Part shown: positions 49,313 through 62,837 of the stretch, in pieces
Layout of the letters: the number at the start of each line of letters is the position of its first letter
Numbering within the stretch: position 1 is the stretch's first letter
Source of the DNA: Octopus sinensis
Lineage: Eukaryota
Length of the DNA: 64,000 nucleotides
Assembly: GCF_006345805.1 (NCBI RefSeq)
Contig: NC_043003.1
Coordinates: 28,148,001 to 28,212,000 of the forward strand
Direction: 5' to 3'
The notes under the pieces: model-generated
Told to the model about the DNA's origin: nothing
Databases searched by the model: none
The model's input: the letters and a program-made list of their open reading frames with translations, nothing else
Position numbers and translations under genes: made by a program

Positions 49313-50519
49313 ACCACAATATGGCCTGAAAATAACAAAAAAAACCGATTTGAATGGAAAAATAATGTTTTCACGCATAACTAAAATCTGAATAACTGCT
49401 AACTTTAAAAGCAGCCCTATAAGTGGTATATTTTACTAAAACCTCAGTAAGAGGAGTTTTAATGACAGCTCAATAACAAGTTTTCCAAAAAATATAGTAC
49501 GTTCTTTATGTAACTTCATTAAATGAAAATAATTATGTATCATACATAACATATATGTAACTCTGAAAGTCATGATGCTGTGGTTTATGTCCGAGAGAAA
49601 ATCTCTTCATAGACATGGTGAATTAAAACAATACATATACCGGAGGGAGATAAAGATCATTCCAGCAGTGACCACGAGAAAGCCAGACGACGCTTTTCAG
49701 CCTCCTTAGGCCTTGCCAATGTTATGTACTCGCTGGTCTTATATCTAGACGAAATCTGTCACCTCCGATATATAGGAAACTGTGAATAGTACATTTAACG
49801 ATGTTGCGGAAAGTCTGCTGGGTTGAATAAAAATTCGGTGTAACAATTGAAATCGCATTTGATTAAAATAGCCATCTATATATCATACTTAAAATATATA
49901 CACCATACTTAACATATAAGACATCATGATGTGGTTTTTGACTGAGAATCTTTTCATAAACATGCTGTGTTAAAAAGATAATATATGCAGGTATGAGGCG
50001 AACATCGTCCCAACAGTGACCACGATATAATTAGAGAAACTGAAATAAAAGCTTAACTAAAGGCAGCTAAATACATTTCAATAATAAATATACCTTAAAA
50101 GAAAATGATAATAGGTACTTTAATGAAAAGAAAAAAGGATTCTCAAAAATACAGATAGTAACAGGCCGACTTGTAACTATGGAGTACTTTTGGAACAATC
50201 AAATATCGAATACGCAATGTCTCAGCCATAGATAACAAGGTAAATATTCTACACATTAAACCCATATTTATAGAAAAGAAAAACAGAGAAGATTAACAAG
50301 TTTAGTCAAATATAGACACGTGAAAGTAGTTCTTTGGTAATAATTCTGGAAAAAGATTATAATATAAGCGTTTAATTACATTTTACCTAGCTAACTGGAT
50401 TTAATATGTACTTAGGTAGATAACTTTAATAATATGTATCCATTTTAGTAAACTTGAGATTGTCAGACCATCATCTCTGTACTGGGCTGAACTAGGGGTG
50501 GTGGTGGTGGTGGTGGTTG

Positions 50520-51560
50520 TGGGCTTCCTAAGAGTATCCAGGATAAATAATCCAATGAGGTCAGTGACCGTATGAACGACTACACCATGGATAAGTTCAG
50601 GAATGATGTGGTAAGAATCTTCAAAGAATTTGACCTAGTTATATGAGTTACCACCAATTTGACAAAGTGCGACTTCCTGGGTGTAAGCCTAGACCTGATG
50701 ACGGGTAAGTACCACACTTACAAACAGAAAGATAAATGAGGAAACTGTATATATTCATAGAAACTCCAACCAACCCCGGTCGTAATTAGAAATCTAGTCA
50801 CAGGTAGAAGACTCTCTATCCTATCAACAGACAGATATATCTTCAACAGGGCCGCGACTCACTATAACGAAGTATTAGCGAAGAGTAGCTTTACTGTTAA
50901 GTATATATGGAGGACGAGCCATCTCCCATCCCCGAATTCGAAGAGAGTCAAAAGGAGAAAAGTAATGTCGTTCAGTTCTCCATGCAACCTAGAAGTTTCA
51001 ACTAACATAGGCAGGAGCTTCCTGACACTAATTAAAAAAACATTTCTCTAGAACCCATAGGCATCATAACCTCTTCAATCCCCACAAGGTCAACGTCAGC
51101 TACGCCTGCTTAGACAATATCACTTCAAAACTCGCACGCTACAATACATGCAAACACATTCCTACACAATCTCCAATCAACACCCCCAACCTATAACTGC
51201 TGAAATCTTAGCGAATTCCCACTTGGATACCGACGGTATTGCAAGACACTACACAGGCATGGCAACTTATAACTTCTAAGTGAAGGTGTACACAGTACAT
51301 AAACTCCTTCAAAAGCAGTGATAGGGAAATCTCCACTTCCGCATCCCACTTTACCTGGAAACTCCTTGACCATCGAAATGACTTCACCAACATCAAATGG
51401 AGTATCAATGGCAGGGCCTCTCATTACTCACTTATGGTTCGCAATTGTCAACTCTGTCACCCTGATAGACTACATATACGCCACCCATTCATAGTATCAA
51501 TCTATAGGATGAATGATTTATATCATTGTTGCCGCGTCAGAAATACACCTCTGACATTTA
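50520..51560 (+). mobile_element. Degraded Penelope-like element (RT thumb plus GIY-YIG endonuclease remnants)
   Basis: Broken frames read CDFLGVSLDLMTGKYHTYKQ, VYIHRNSNQP, VSTNIGRSFLTLIKK, FNPHKVNVSYACLDNI, then SFKSSDREISTSASHFTWKLLDHRNDFTNIKWSINGRASHYSLMVRNCQLC. These follow the Penelope RT C-terminus and GIY-YIG region. Confidence 0.75.
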
Positions 51561-52050
51561 ACAACTCAAATACATATATGGATGAAATATATATATATAT
51601 ATATGAATGAATGGATGGATGGATGGAAAATAGTGTAATGTGCTCGTGTCATCATCTCTGGTGTCATGTATTTTTTACATTAACTAAAACTTATATTCCC
51701 CGAGTACATTGCAGAGTCAGGAGCTAAACGGATGATGTAAATCTGAGGTCAGTTTATATGTATATATACTATTAGCGATGTATTGAATGCGCGACACATC
51801 ACAAAGAAACATACCGCTAACGCTTGAATTTCTATAACAAAATGTACACACACACACACTCTTTTTTCTTTCACTCTCTTTCTCTCCCTCACTTGGCTTC
51901 AGACACTTCATTGTCATAATGGTGAAGGCAAATATAAATTTCCCCAACAGAAAGACAAAATGAATACTCAAACAAGGCACAAGACATAGTCCACAGTAAC
52001 AGCGGTTTCTTATGGCTATAATAATAATGATAATAAAAATGATAATAATG

Positions 52051-52106
<56 letters not shown>

Positions 52107-52224
52107 TGCAACAACAATAAGAAGAAAAAATAAATGCAAATGCAGTCTGTATTGCATCACATGCACAATTAGATCAGCCGATGAAGCAGCATAGCAGTGA
52201 AACATTGCAAAGTTTAAGTCATTG

Positions 52225-52296
<72 letters not shown>

Positions 52297-52859
52297 GTAT
52301 GTATGTATGTATGTATCTGGACGCATCAGATTATATCCCGATATAACCTGAAATTTCATAATGCAGAAATCCATAAGGTGAAATGTATTTCCTATTAGCT
52401 TCTATATCGCGAAGGAGCCAATGGGAATTTCATTTCAGGTTTCTCAATTCCAGGTTATGGTAAATCGATTACATCAACCCGATTACTTTACTGGTACTTA
52501 TTTTATCGATCCCGAAAGGATGAATAGTAAAGTTGACCTAAGCGGAATTTGAACCCAGAATATAAAGCCGGACAAAATTCTGCTAAGCATTTTGCCCGGC
52601 GTGGTTAACGATTCTACCAGCTCGCCGCCTTAATAATGATAATAATGGTTTCAAATTTTGCCACAAGGGCAGCCATTTTGGGTGAGGGGATGAGTCGATT
52701 ACATCAACCCCAGTATTCAACTGATACTTAATTTATCGACATTGAAAGGATAATAGGCAAAGTCGACCTCGGCAGAATTTTAACTCAGAACGTAACGGCA
52801 GACGAAATACCGCTAAGCATTTCGCCCGACGTGCTAAATAATAATAATAATAATAACAT

Positions 52860-53380
52860 AAATGTATCCTCTGTTGGTATCTTTTGGTCAGGAAGGGGAG
52901 ACTGTTTTCGTTTCTACCGAGTGTCTATGGCGAAAGAAGTTATATTTGTAGACTAAAAGGAATGAAGACATACTTTCCTTTTGACCAAGTCGTCATCGAC
53001 TTCTTTTTAACTTCTATTTAAAATGAAAGTTGAGGGTGGAGAGAGGGATATCTTCCTACTTTCCTCAATAAATTTATTGAAAGGTGGGCGAATTAGGCAG
53101 GTGAGCATGGTCCAAGGAGCAGGCCTACTCTGAGCTTGCACCTGTAAGATGGAGAGATCAGTTTGAAGAGAGGCGTCTCCTTACGTTTCCCTTCAGATTC
53201 GGGGGAGGGGACAGGGATAATCCAGGATCAGTGGGGTTTCCTAGTTACCCCTTGATGTCATTCACCCGTATGGAGAGAATGACATTTGTTGTCATCAATT
53301 TTTTTGTTAATTGTATATATGTAAATCTTTCTGTCCTTTGTTCTAAATGCCGTTTGTGGCGTTTGCAGCCAATAAACATC
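52860..53380 (+). mobile_element. Tx1-clade LINE 3' fragment
   Basis: Same C-terminal and 3' UTR pattern (aaagttgagggtggagagagg...gaaaggtgggcg), ending in ccaataaacatc. Confidence 0.65.
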
Positions 53381-53601
53381 ATGATCATCTTTCAGTAATC
53401 TTATTTTTACCACGTACTTTCTCTGCACTATCGAGCGTAACAGTGTGTGCCTTGGGTATGTGCTGTGGTGTGTTAGTATTTTTACAGTATTTTACTGTCT
53501 TATTATCATTCTTCTTCTTCTTCTTCTTCTTCTTCTTCTTCTTCTTCTTCTTCTTCTTCTTCTTCTTCTTCTTCTTCTTCTTCTTCTTCTTCTTCTTCTT
53601 C

Positions 53602-54066
53602 AGTGAGAGAGCAGTGCATGCCATCAAAGTGACACTGGGGTAAAATATACGAAGCCCAGTATACCCACCATGACTACCCGTCTGATAAGGGTACACCAGG
53701 CACATGCATCACAACCATATGTACGCGATATGGTGATCTTATATCAAGATAAACAGCGCATGACCTTTCAGGAGGGGCCCAGTTAGAATTTTCTTCTGGT
53801 CGAGTAGCCCATCCCGCTCAAAAGGTCCCTGAATAAGGATTGTTTAAGGATGTTGAACGAACCACCCATGTTTGCAAATGTGAATTATCCAAACCTCCAA
53901 GAATTCCTTTCAACACACGGCTATGATGCTCCCCCACTACTTCTGCTCGTGATCAGAGATGCACATATCGTCAGTCACTAAGGGACATACTCAACTGGTT
54001 ATGGTCCAACAACTGACAAACAAATCTGTGATATTGGGCAGAATATTTGCTGTAGCTCATCTTTTA

Positions 54067-54068
<2 letters not shown>
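53602..54068 (-). mobile_element. Family T element, 5'-truncated
   Basis: Reverse complement of ~17410-17858, between (TTC)n and (ATT)n. Confidence 0.8.
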
Positions 54069-54129
<61 letters not shown>

Positions 54130-54325
54130 CATTGTTAGCGCGCCCGACTAAACATTTAGTGGTATTTCGTCCGTTGTAACGTTCTCAGCTCAAATTCTGC
54201 CGTGGTCGACTTTGCCTTTCTTCCTTTCGAGGTCAATAAATTAAGTACCAGTGAAACACTGGAGTCGATGCAATCGACTCATCCCAACCCCCAAAATTGC
54301 TGCCCTTGTGGAGATATTTGAAACC

Positions 54326-54357
<32 letters not shown>

Positions 54358-54374
54358 TATTATTATTATTATTA

Positions 54375-55005
54375 TTGTTGTTGTTGTTGTGATGAAAATT
54401 CATAACTTATTTTGCTGGGTGTCAGCTGTCCACAACCAGCAGACTAAGGTGACACTTGATTACTGGTCATGCTTTAAGGACCCTGCAAAGAGTTCTTGCA
54501 GTTCCAAGCAATGCTGACTTTTGTTGGTGTTCTACCTTCACACTTGCACCAACCTTTTTCAGCCATGCTGGTAGTTAAGCGCTGATACTTCCAAATGCGC
54601 CAATTACTATTGGTATTATGTCTACTCTCCTCATTGACCACAACCTTTGTATTTCCCACTTAAAATCGTCATAGTTGTTTATTTTTTTCTTCTTCCTTCT
54701 CAATGATCCTGTTGTTACCGGGACGTGCTATGTCGATTATCATGCATGTTCTTCCATATTTTATTCACCACAACAATGTCCGGTTTCCGATATCTGGTCA
54801 GGTGATCGCACTGAATCATCGCATCCCACAGGATTTTGCAATTATCATTCTCGGTGACTCCTTCTGGGGTTTTCTCATAAGTACGTCTTTGCTTTTAGTA
54901 GGCCGTGATTTCCACAGAGCTCTCAATGGATCATTCTTGCCACATTGTCATGGCGTCTTTTGTATTGTGCCAATTTCGGGCATTCGCTAACGATGTGCCA
55001 TAGAG
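54375..55005 (-). mobile_element. R4/Dong-clade fragment with CCHC knuckle and restriction-like endonuclease remnants
   Basis: Minus strand, across broken frames: LWHIVSECPKLAQYKRRHDNVAR, KILWD, KPDIVVV, IIDIARPGN, IPIVIGAFGS, KSALLGTARTL. Flanked by (AAT/GAT)n on the element strand. Confidence 0.85.
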
Positions 55006-55007
55006 TT

Positions 55008-55039
<32 letters not shown>

Positions 55040-55138
55040 TATTATTATTATTATTATTATTATATTATTACACATATGCACAACAGATTAAACTGTTGGA
55101 AAAGAGAACTTCCTAACATCGGGCCACAACATGAAACC

Positions 55139-55184
<46 letters not shown>

Positions 55185-55204
55185 TATTATTATTATTATA
55201 GTTT

Positions 55205-55905
55205 CATACAAGTTTCTACTGTACCACCTGGTGCACCTCCATATTTCTGAGGTGTGTGCAACATTGTGTGTTCTTATTTGAGTAGGATTAAGTAAAGGGG
55301 AGGGAATATGACTCCACGTTTAGGTGTACTGCATTAGTATACCTTTTTAATGGGGTTTTAGTCTATAGTTTCTTATTATATTAGTGTTTCTTCTGTAGTG
55401 TGTGGAACTTTTATTGATGAGTAGTATTATTTTATTGGGTATTAATCTTATATATATTATATTCTACGCGAGTTGTTTTAGATTATTACATGCTGAATTT
55501 ATAGGGTTTAAGCTATGTGTGAAGAATTTCGGTTTGAGTTATTCTAATGAGGCGATGATATTTGCGCAAGATGCCGGCTCTTGTTTGCAGAGACATTTTT
55601 CGGACAGTGTGTCGGGCCTTGAGTACTGGAATGGCTTCCTATGTTTCTTTGCATACATTTTAAATCATGCATAAACCAGCAATTACTATTTTTATTGATT
55701 CCACCATCGTGTACCACATCAAGATCCTTGTATTTTGATAGTTTTTGCCACGACTTTTCAGGTAATATTTACCCCAGAAAGGATTCCAATATCTATCAGT
55801 GCGCCAGTGCGCATGTGTTTGCTGAGAAGAAATCGAGAGGTCGATCATCTGAAGAAATTGCGATGCCTTTGCTTTCAACGCAGAGCCTCTATTCTGATCA
55901 CTACT
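55205..55905 (-). mobile_element. Heavily degraded R4/Dong-clade 3' fragment
   Basis: Minus strand has RPxD...LIDIGI..G.NIT...KYKDLD-like remnants and ends in (AAT)n. Confidence 0.5.
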
Positions 55906-56119
55906 CCTAATTTTACCCTATTAATAGTTTTGGTAGTTTAGAGCAATTGTGAGCCTGTGGAGTTTCTTGACTAACCCTATCTCAAGTGGATATCCTTCAT
56001 ATAAAGACCCTTTTTACCCTTTCACTGTTATCTGTCATTGCTGTTACTTTCCTTTATTCTTGAAGTAAGATCTTCTATTCTTGTACGTGGTCTTTGTACT
56101 GTTCTTCACCTCCAACGTC

Positions 56120-56136
56120 TTTAGCCATAAAGAAAA

Positions 56137-56190
<54 letters not shown>

Positions 56191-56225
56191 CATCATCATC
56201 ATTGTTATTGTTGTTGATATTATTA

Positions 56226-56272
<47 letters not shown>

Positions 56273-56316
56273 CATCATCATCATCATCATCATTGTTATT
56301 GTTGTTGATATTATTA

Positions 56317-56385
<69 letters not shown>

Positions 56386-56490
56386 ATTATTATTATTATT
56401 ATTATTATTCTCATTATTATTTTTACTCTCATTATTATTACTTCTATTATTCTCATTATTATTACTATTATTATTCTCATTATTCTTATT
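56120..56490. repeat. (ATT)n/(ATC)n/(GTT)n microsatellite cluster downstream of the GPCR stop codon
   Basis: Direct reading, including an internal duplication of cattgttattgttgttgatattattaattatt. Confidence 0.95.
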
Positions 56491-56617
56491 ATTAATTCCG
56501 CTGAGGTCGATTTTACTTTTCATCTTTACACAAAATGAGCACCAGTCGAGCACTGGGATCGAATTAATCGACTTACCCCTCCCCCGAACTTTGCTGGCCT
56601 TGTACCAAAATTTGAAA

Positions 56618-56654
<37 letters not shown>

Positions 56655-56899
56655 TATTAAAGCTATTGATGTCGTTATTGTTGCGGTGATGGTAGTAGTT
56701 TTGCTGTTAATTAGTCAATTAATTAACATTGTTTCTGTACAGATAAATTCCTTAAGAGGATGGGTGGGGTGGGGCGACGTTGATGATATAAATGTCAGTG
56801 CTAAAGTGGTGGTGGCGGTGGTGGTTGTGATTGTGGAGTTTGCGTCGATGTTTTTAATCTGTGTTTATAATTTGTAAATAAAATAAAACGCTGCCGGTC

Positions 56900-57762
56900 T
56901 TATTTCCTCGAATTCTCAAGCATGGAATCCATATCTGATAGAATATCGTTGAGGTTTTCCTCTTCTTCTTCTTCATCTTGTTGTTGTTGTTGCTCTAGTT
57001 TTAGTTGTTCTTCTACTTCATCCACATCCAGTTTCTGTTGTTGTTCTCGTTCTCGTTCTCGTAGATACTCTGTCTCATCTCCATAGCTACTTCCGTCGTC
57101 CGTCATCGAAATATCGTAAGCATTCGTCGTTTTGGTCAACGGTGTAGAATCATCACTGAAACTTTCAGGGTCACCACATTCATCAGGTGTCCTACCACTA
57201 CCACTACCACTACCACCACCGTGACCATCATTAGCACATCCACCATCACCACTAGTACCACCACCACCACCAGCTACACCACCACCACTACCAGTATACC
57301 CCTGTTCTACTTCTTCCGCTCCCTCATTGTCTTCTTCTGCTGCGGCTGCTGCCATCAAAGACGACGTGTCGGTTGCATCAAAGCAACCAGATGCCGCCAA
57401 CGTGGCCGGATTGCTGTTGTCATCAGCATAGCTTGCGATTTTATTTTTCGCAGGGGGAAAGCTTTTGCTACCCTGAAGTCGTGTTTCCGTGCCGTTTTCC
57501 ATGTAGCCTTCCTTAACATTGATATCATCACGTTGGTGATTGTGGTTATCGTTGCTTGAGTCTGGCAGAGATGAAGGCTGAGGAGCTGGAAGAGAAGACG
57601 GTGACGTTGGTGTCGTTACTTTGATGTTTTTGCCGAAACGCTCCCATTTCGGCTCACTTCTCCGTTGCAGTTGGTGGATTTGTTCAATAAGTTCGGATGT
57701 TTCTCGCTAAGGGTTGCTCTTTTGCGTTCAAAGCTGCATAAATCTGTAGTGTTGGTCGCCAC
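56900..57762 (-). CDS. Same GPCR, terminal exon. As assembled it ends at TAA 57616 (48 aa); with one A restored at 57700-57702 it gives 287 aa ending at 56900
   Basis: Acceptor tattttgtacccaacag|GTG, phase 0. The phase-0 frame reads VATNTTDLCSFERKRATLSEKHPN...TSK*. A second frame is open for 268 codons from 57706 to 56900 (RETSELIEQIHQLQRR...ENLNDILSDMDSMLENSRK*), with coding-like composition and mixed codons in the Glu/Gly runs. Confidence 0.7.
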
Positions 57763-57847
57763 CTGTTGGGTACAAAATACTAAGAACGATAACTTTGAAT
57801 CATGTCCCTTATTTCCATTTTACTGAGATCGATCAAATGAAAGAGAG

Positions 57848-57888
<41 letters not shown>

Positions 57889-58361
57889 TAGAAAGAGAAA
57901 GCACAAAAAATTTGAACTGTAAATTCATAAAGCAATTTTAAAAAGCAGATGCATTAATAATTGTATAGAAAATTATAGCATTTAAAAATATAATTTATGA
58001 AATGTATGCATTTATTAATTAAAAAAAGATATTGATGCGTTTATAATTGAATATATAGACTTAGAAAATTTATGTACAGTTTTTAAATTCAATTTACAAA
58101 ATATAATGCATTTATGCACTTATTATTTAGCAAGAGAGGGAGATGCATTTTTAGGCAGCATGTATGCACATAATTACTAAATAAATGCAAGTTATAAAGG
58201 CATATATCATACAATTATGAAAGAGAGGCATACAGTAGCAATACATATTTATTATGTACTAAATGATTTTTTAATATTAAGACAATATGCAGTTTATGAT
58301 GAAACTTATGTAATATTGTTATAATACAAATGCACATGATACCATTTCACTGATGCATGTA

Positions 58362-58406
<45 letters not shown>

Positions 58407-60666
58407 CATTTGCATATTATTTTGGTTAGATGCATAGTGTAGAATGGGCGTAGCTTATAAAATGAAGCACGGAACGATCGAAAGATAAATGAATGACTCT
58501 AAGGTAGGTTAAAGGCCACATATGTAGGGAGGCGGTGGTTTTTAGTTAATTTAATTCTACCGTAGCGCATGTGAAGGAGCATGCGTGGTCTAGTGGTTAG
58601 AAATGTTAAGACTCGTGATCATTAGGTTGTGGGTTCGATTTCGGAGCTGAGTAGTGGACAGAAGAATCCTTGGGCAAGGTACTTCAGTTCGTGTGACTTC
58701 TGTTTACTCTGCCGAAAATGAGTACCAGCAGCCTTTGAATGCTGCTCTATTTCCCTCTATCTATCACATCCTCGATTTACTGTTTGGATCAAGGGCAAGA
58801 CTCAAGAGGGAGTACGTGCAAATCTAAAACAACCAGTGAAAGCATGGTACATACTGCTAAGTCGTACTCAATCATGAGTGGTGGCTATGGCTGGCTTGAG
58901 ATGACAGCTGTAGTTTATATATTCTGTCTAGGAGCATGAGAGCGTGCATGGCTTAGTGTTGGACAACACAATAATGGTTTCAAATCTCAGCACAGAGCCA
59001 GCAGCTTTTGAGGTGAGGGGAAGTTAATTACATTGACCCCAGTACTTGACTGGTACTTATTTAACGACCCAAAAGGACAAAAGGCAAAGTCCACCTCGGC
59101 GGAATTTGAACTCAGAACGTAGACGGACGAAATGCTACTAAATATTTTGTCCGGCATGTTAACGATTCTGCCAGCTCATCGCCTTATTGTAAAAAGTGAA
59201 GTTACTTTCTCGAATCATACCGACCCGTAAGGGCCGGTTTTCCGGTTTCATGGCGTATAAATTCCCCACCCGGATAGGGCGCTGATCTGACTCTGGATTA
59301 CTCATCTTTGCCAGCTGAGTGAACTGGAGCAACGCGAAATGAAGTGTCTTGCTCAAGAACACAAACGTGTTGCCCGGTCCAGGAATCGAAACTACAATCT
59401 TCCGATCATGAGTCCAACACCTTAACAACCAAGCCACGCGCCTCCACAATCGCTTTATTGGGCCATACAGTAGTAATAAGATCGTGTGTTTGATTCCTAG
59501 ACTGGAGTGCACATTGTGTCCTTGGGCAAGTTACTTCATCTCATGTTGCAGTCTATCCATGAGTCAAGGGTTGAGCTCTTATGCCTAATCGTGAATTCTC
59601 AGACATTTAAAACAATTAGCGAAAACAGCCCACATGCTACCAAGTTAAACCCACTCGCGAGTGATGGTTGTGGTTGACTAGGCTATTTGTCTCGAGAAGA
59701 GTGTGGAGTCACGTGGCCTAATAGTTAGAGACCTTGGGCTACGCAATTGTATGGTCATGAGTTCAATTCCTAGACCGGAGAACGCATCGTATCGTTGAGA
59801 AATGCATTTCATTTCCCGTTGCTAATGGTGTAGCCCTCTCTCCCTCCAAATGTTGCATCGTCGATGTTCCACTGTAGGTCAAGGGTAAAAGATTCGAGAG
59901 GGTCTCTATATCTTTTGGCAACTAAGAAGATGCCACAAACAATTAGTGAGGGCAGGGTACGGCCTACAAGTCATACTCGCTCGCGAGTGACGGTCATGGT
60001 TGGTAAGAGAAGATGATTGTTGTCCATTTAGGAAACAATCTCACTTATTTAAGAGTGACAGTTGTCTTCTGCCTAAGATAAGTACTATGTCATATTTAGG
60101 GGTGAAGGACGTAAGCTACGATCCTCAGTACATTACTGGTACTTCTTTGATTGAGTTGATTGTTACTCCTAACTATCTCCAGAGGCTCTTTAATTTTCTT
60201 ACAAAATTTTCTATCACAAAATAAATAAATAGATGAATGAATAAATAAATAAATAAATAAATAAATACATAAATAAATAAACAGGAGCCGCTACACAATC
60301 ACTCGACTGCCTGAAAATAGCAGTCCAAATCATTCCTCCCCTATATCTTACCCTACCGTCTTAGACAAGGAAAGGACGCCATTAGACCATGTTATTCAAC
60401 GTACTTCTAAAAAGACAGGATGACCAGGGCTGTAATGCTATTGATCATAGGTCTGCTCGATTGGAGTCGACCCTGGGCTAAAGAACAACAGCTGCCATAC
60501 AGTCAAGCGTTGTAGAAACAAAGGAACCTGTCATCTGAAAGGAAAACCATAACAAAAAGTAATTCGAAGACCTGTTCTTTCGTTTGCCTATGTGGCCATC
60601 CTCAGACATAATTAACAGAGAAAAGAAATCCTGGATTAAAATTTTTAGTATCATACGCTATCTTCT

Positions 60667-60689
<23 letters not shown>

Positions 60690-60710
<21 letters not shown>

Positions 60711-61080
60711 CGCGCGCGTGTGTGTTGCATATACACATACACAAAAATATCCTCTTCGGCCACGAATGACCATGGCATTCCACATAGAAAGTTCCCCTCC
60801 GAGGCACAAGTCCGGGAAAGGTTGTTTGGAGACGAACACCAGTCGCCCATGCATACCGGTCTCCCACTCTGCGCCAACCGATGTTGTCTAAAGGAAAGGC
60901 AAACGGCGATACAGCTTGACATCAGTAACATTGCAACTCATTTCTACAGTTGAGTGAACGGGAGCAACGTGAAATAAAGTACCTTGCTCAAGAACACAGC
61001 CCACAGCCCTATCCGGGAATCGAACTCGCAACTCCACGATTGTAAGCCTGATGTTGTAATCACTGAGTCATATGCCTTCA
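60690..61080 (-). mobile_element. tRNA-headed CORE-like SINE (family D) in the GPCR intron
   Basis: Minus strand head gcatatgactcagtgatt...ggagttgcgagttcgattcccgg, CORE-like ttgagcaaggtactttatttcacgttgctcc, and a distinct tail. Confidence 0.75.
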
Positions 61081-61216
61081 CAACTTATACACATATGTAC
61101 ATATGTATGCATATGTATGAATGTATGTATGTATGTGTGTATGTATGTCGTCGGTAAAACCGTATAAGCTTTCATACAATAAAATTAAAAACAAACATAT
61201 ACACCATAAAACTTAC

Positions 61217-61357
61217 AGATGTAGAAGAATCCCGCACAAGCTTTTTGCCTCCTGACGAAAACTCGCCATATGTCTCGAAATCCACGGAACTCTTTCGACC
61301 TGCAGACATAGTACTTCGTTTTCTGCCAAAATATTTTCTTTTGATTGCATTGCGTAC
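61217..61357 (-). CDS. Same GPCR, helix-8/proximal tail exon (VRNAIKRKYFGRKRSTMSAGRKSSVDFETYGEFSSGGKKLVRDSSTS)
   Basis: ttcttttcaag|GTA acceptor and TCT|gtaagt donor, 141 nt, phase 0/0. It joins in frame to the TM7 exon, giving HCLMNID-VRNAIKRK, a typical helix 8. Confidence 0.88.
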
Positions 61358-61375
61358 CTTGAAAAGAAAGAAGAA

Positions 61376-61420
<45 letters not shown>

Positions 61421-61543
61421 GTTATTATTATTCAGCAGTTTTATTTTCATAGCGTGATTTCACTTCACTACCGAGCGCAGCTCTGTGTGCCTTGGGTATG
61501 TGCTGTGGTTTGTTGTGATGCTCTTATGGCTACTGTATTGAAA

Positions 61544-61582
<39 letters not shown>

Positions 61583-62109
61583 GTTATTATTATTATTATT
61601 ATTTTACTGTTTTACTTTCGTAATCAATTTAATTATTCATTCTATCGATAAATGACTCATATCTAGGATGAAGTGCAGTTTTGGTCCCGAGCTAGCAGAT
61701 TCGTTAGCACTCCGGGCGAAATACTTAGCGGCATTTCATCCGTTTTTACTTTCCGACTTCAAATTCCACCGAGGTTGACTTTGCGTCATATCCTTTCAAA
61801 TTTGATAAAGTAATTATCAGTTGAACACTGGGGTCAATGTACTCGACTTAGCCTTCCCCACCCGCGAAATTATGGCTTTGTGCCAAGATTTGAAACCATT
61901 ATTAAGGAAGAAAATATTATTATTATTACTGAGTGAGAAAGCAGTGCATACCATCAAAGTGATATTGGGGTACTAATATACGAAGCCTAGCATACCCATC
62001 ATGACTACTCCTCTGACAAGGGTGTACCAGGCACACGCATCACAACTATATGTGCACGACGGGCCCTTGTGATCAATAAAAGAGATCATCATTATTATTA
62101 ATATCATTT

Positions 62110-62448
62110 GAAGAGGAAGGTGAGGGTAGAGAGGGAACTGCTGCCTGCCAGTGTGTTTATCGACAGTGACAAGAAGAGGGCACTTTCCCATGCCTTGGGG
62201 ATGGCAGAGTAATCCGGGATTTTTGTGTGAGTTTTACCCCAGATTATTGCCTCGCTATTGGGGATTCTATTTATTTATTATTATTTCTTTACTTTCTTCT
62301 ATAAATCCTCTTTTATATCCTTTCATGTGGTAGTATCTCCCCTAGATTGATGTTAACCTCACATGTTTTATAATTGTTTTGTACTGTAATTTGTCCTTTG
62401 ATATTGTCCTCATTGTCTTGGCTCTTTGTGACCAATAAAAAAATCATT
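62110..62448 (+). mobile_element. Tx1-clade LINE 3' fragment within (ATT/ATC)n
   Basis: Starts gaagaggaaggtgagggtagagagggaactg and ends ctttgtgaccaataaaaaaatcatt, with short att/atc repeats on both sides. Confidence 0.65.
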
Positions 62449-62837
62449 ATTATAACTATTTGGAAGATACGAGATAATCGATTACATCTACTCCAGTGCT
62501 CAACTGACACTATTTTATCGATCCCGAAAGTATGAAAAACAAGGTCTATCTCGGCAGTATATGAACTCAGAATGTAAAGCCGGAAGAAATGCCGCTAAGC
62601 ATTTCGTCCGGCATGCTAATGACTCTGTCAGCTCACTGCCTTAATCATAAATAATTATAATAAAAGTCGTCAAACAGTACCAAGTACGTGTGTTTATTGT
62701 TGGTTTAATAAAGATTAATTTAATGATTAAAACGTTAAAGAACAAACTCTTAAAAAGATAAACAAAAACAAAAACGAAAATAAAAAATAGCAAAAACAAT
62801 AAAAACGAGAAGAAAGAATAACACAAGTGTTACTTAC

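Noticed and set aside
52175-52212. CCGAUGA-A-GCAGC-AUA-GCAGU-GAAAC next to (TA)n
   Set aside because: Stem II has a mismatch, and no UH site or stem I forms. It is possibly decayed but not supportable.
57707-57762. A-to-I recoding of TGA (57728-57730) and TAG (57707-57709) to open the long GPCR frame from the 57762 acceptor
   Set aside because: It needs a phase-2 upstream exon, but the upstream donor at 61217 is phase 0, and two stops would have to be edited.
60528-60534. Possible 7-nt micro-exon (cag|ATGACAG|gttcct) in the GPCR intron
   Set aside because: The donor is weak, and inclusion gives phase 1, which hits a stop soon after 57762 and does not reach the long frame.
60565-60612. Minus-strand CUGAGGA...GAAA...GUC
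   Set aside because: Stems I, II and III do not pair properly; this is consistent with chance.
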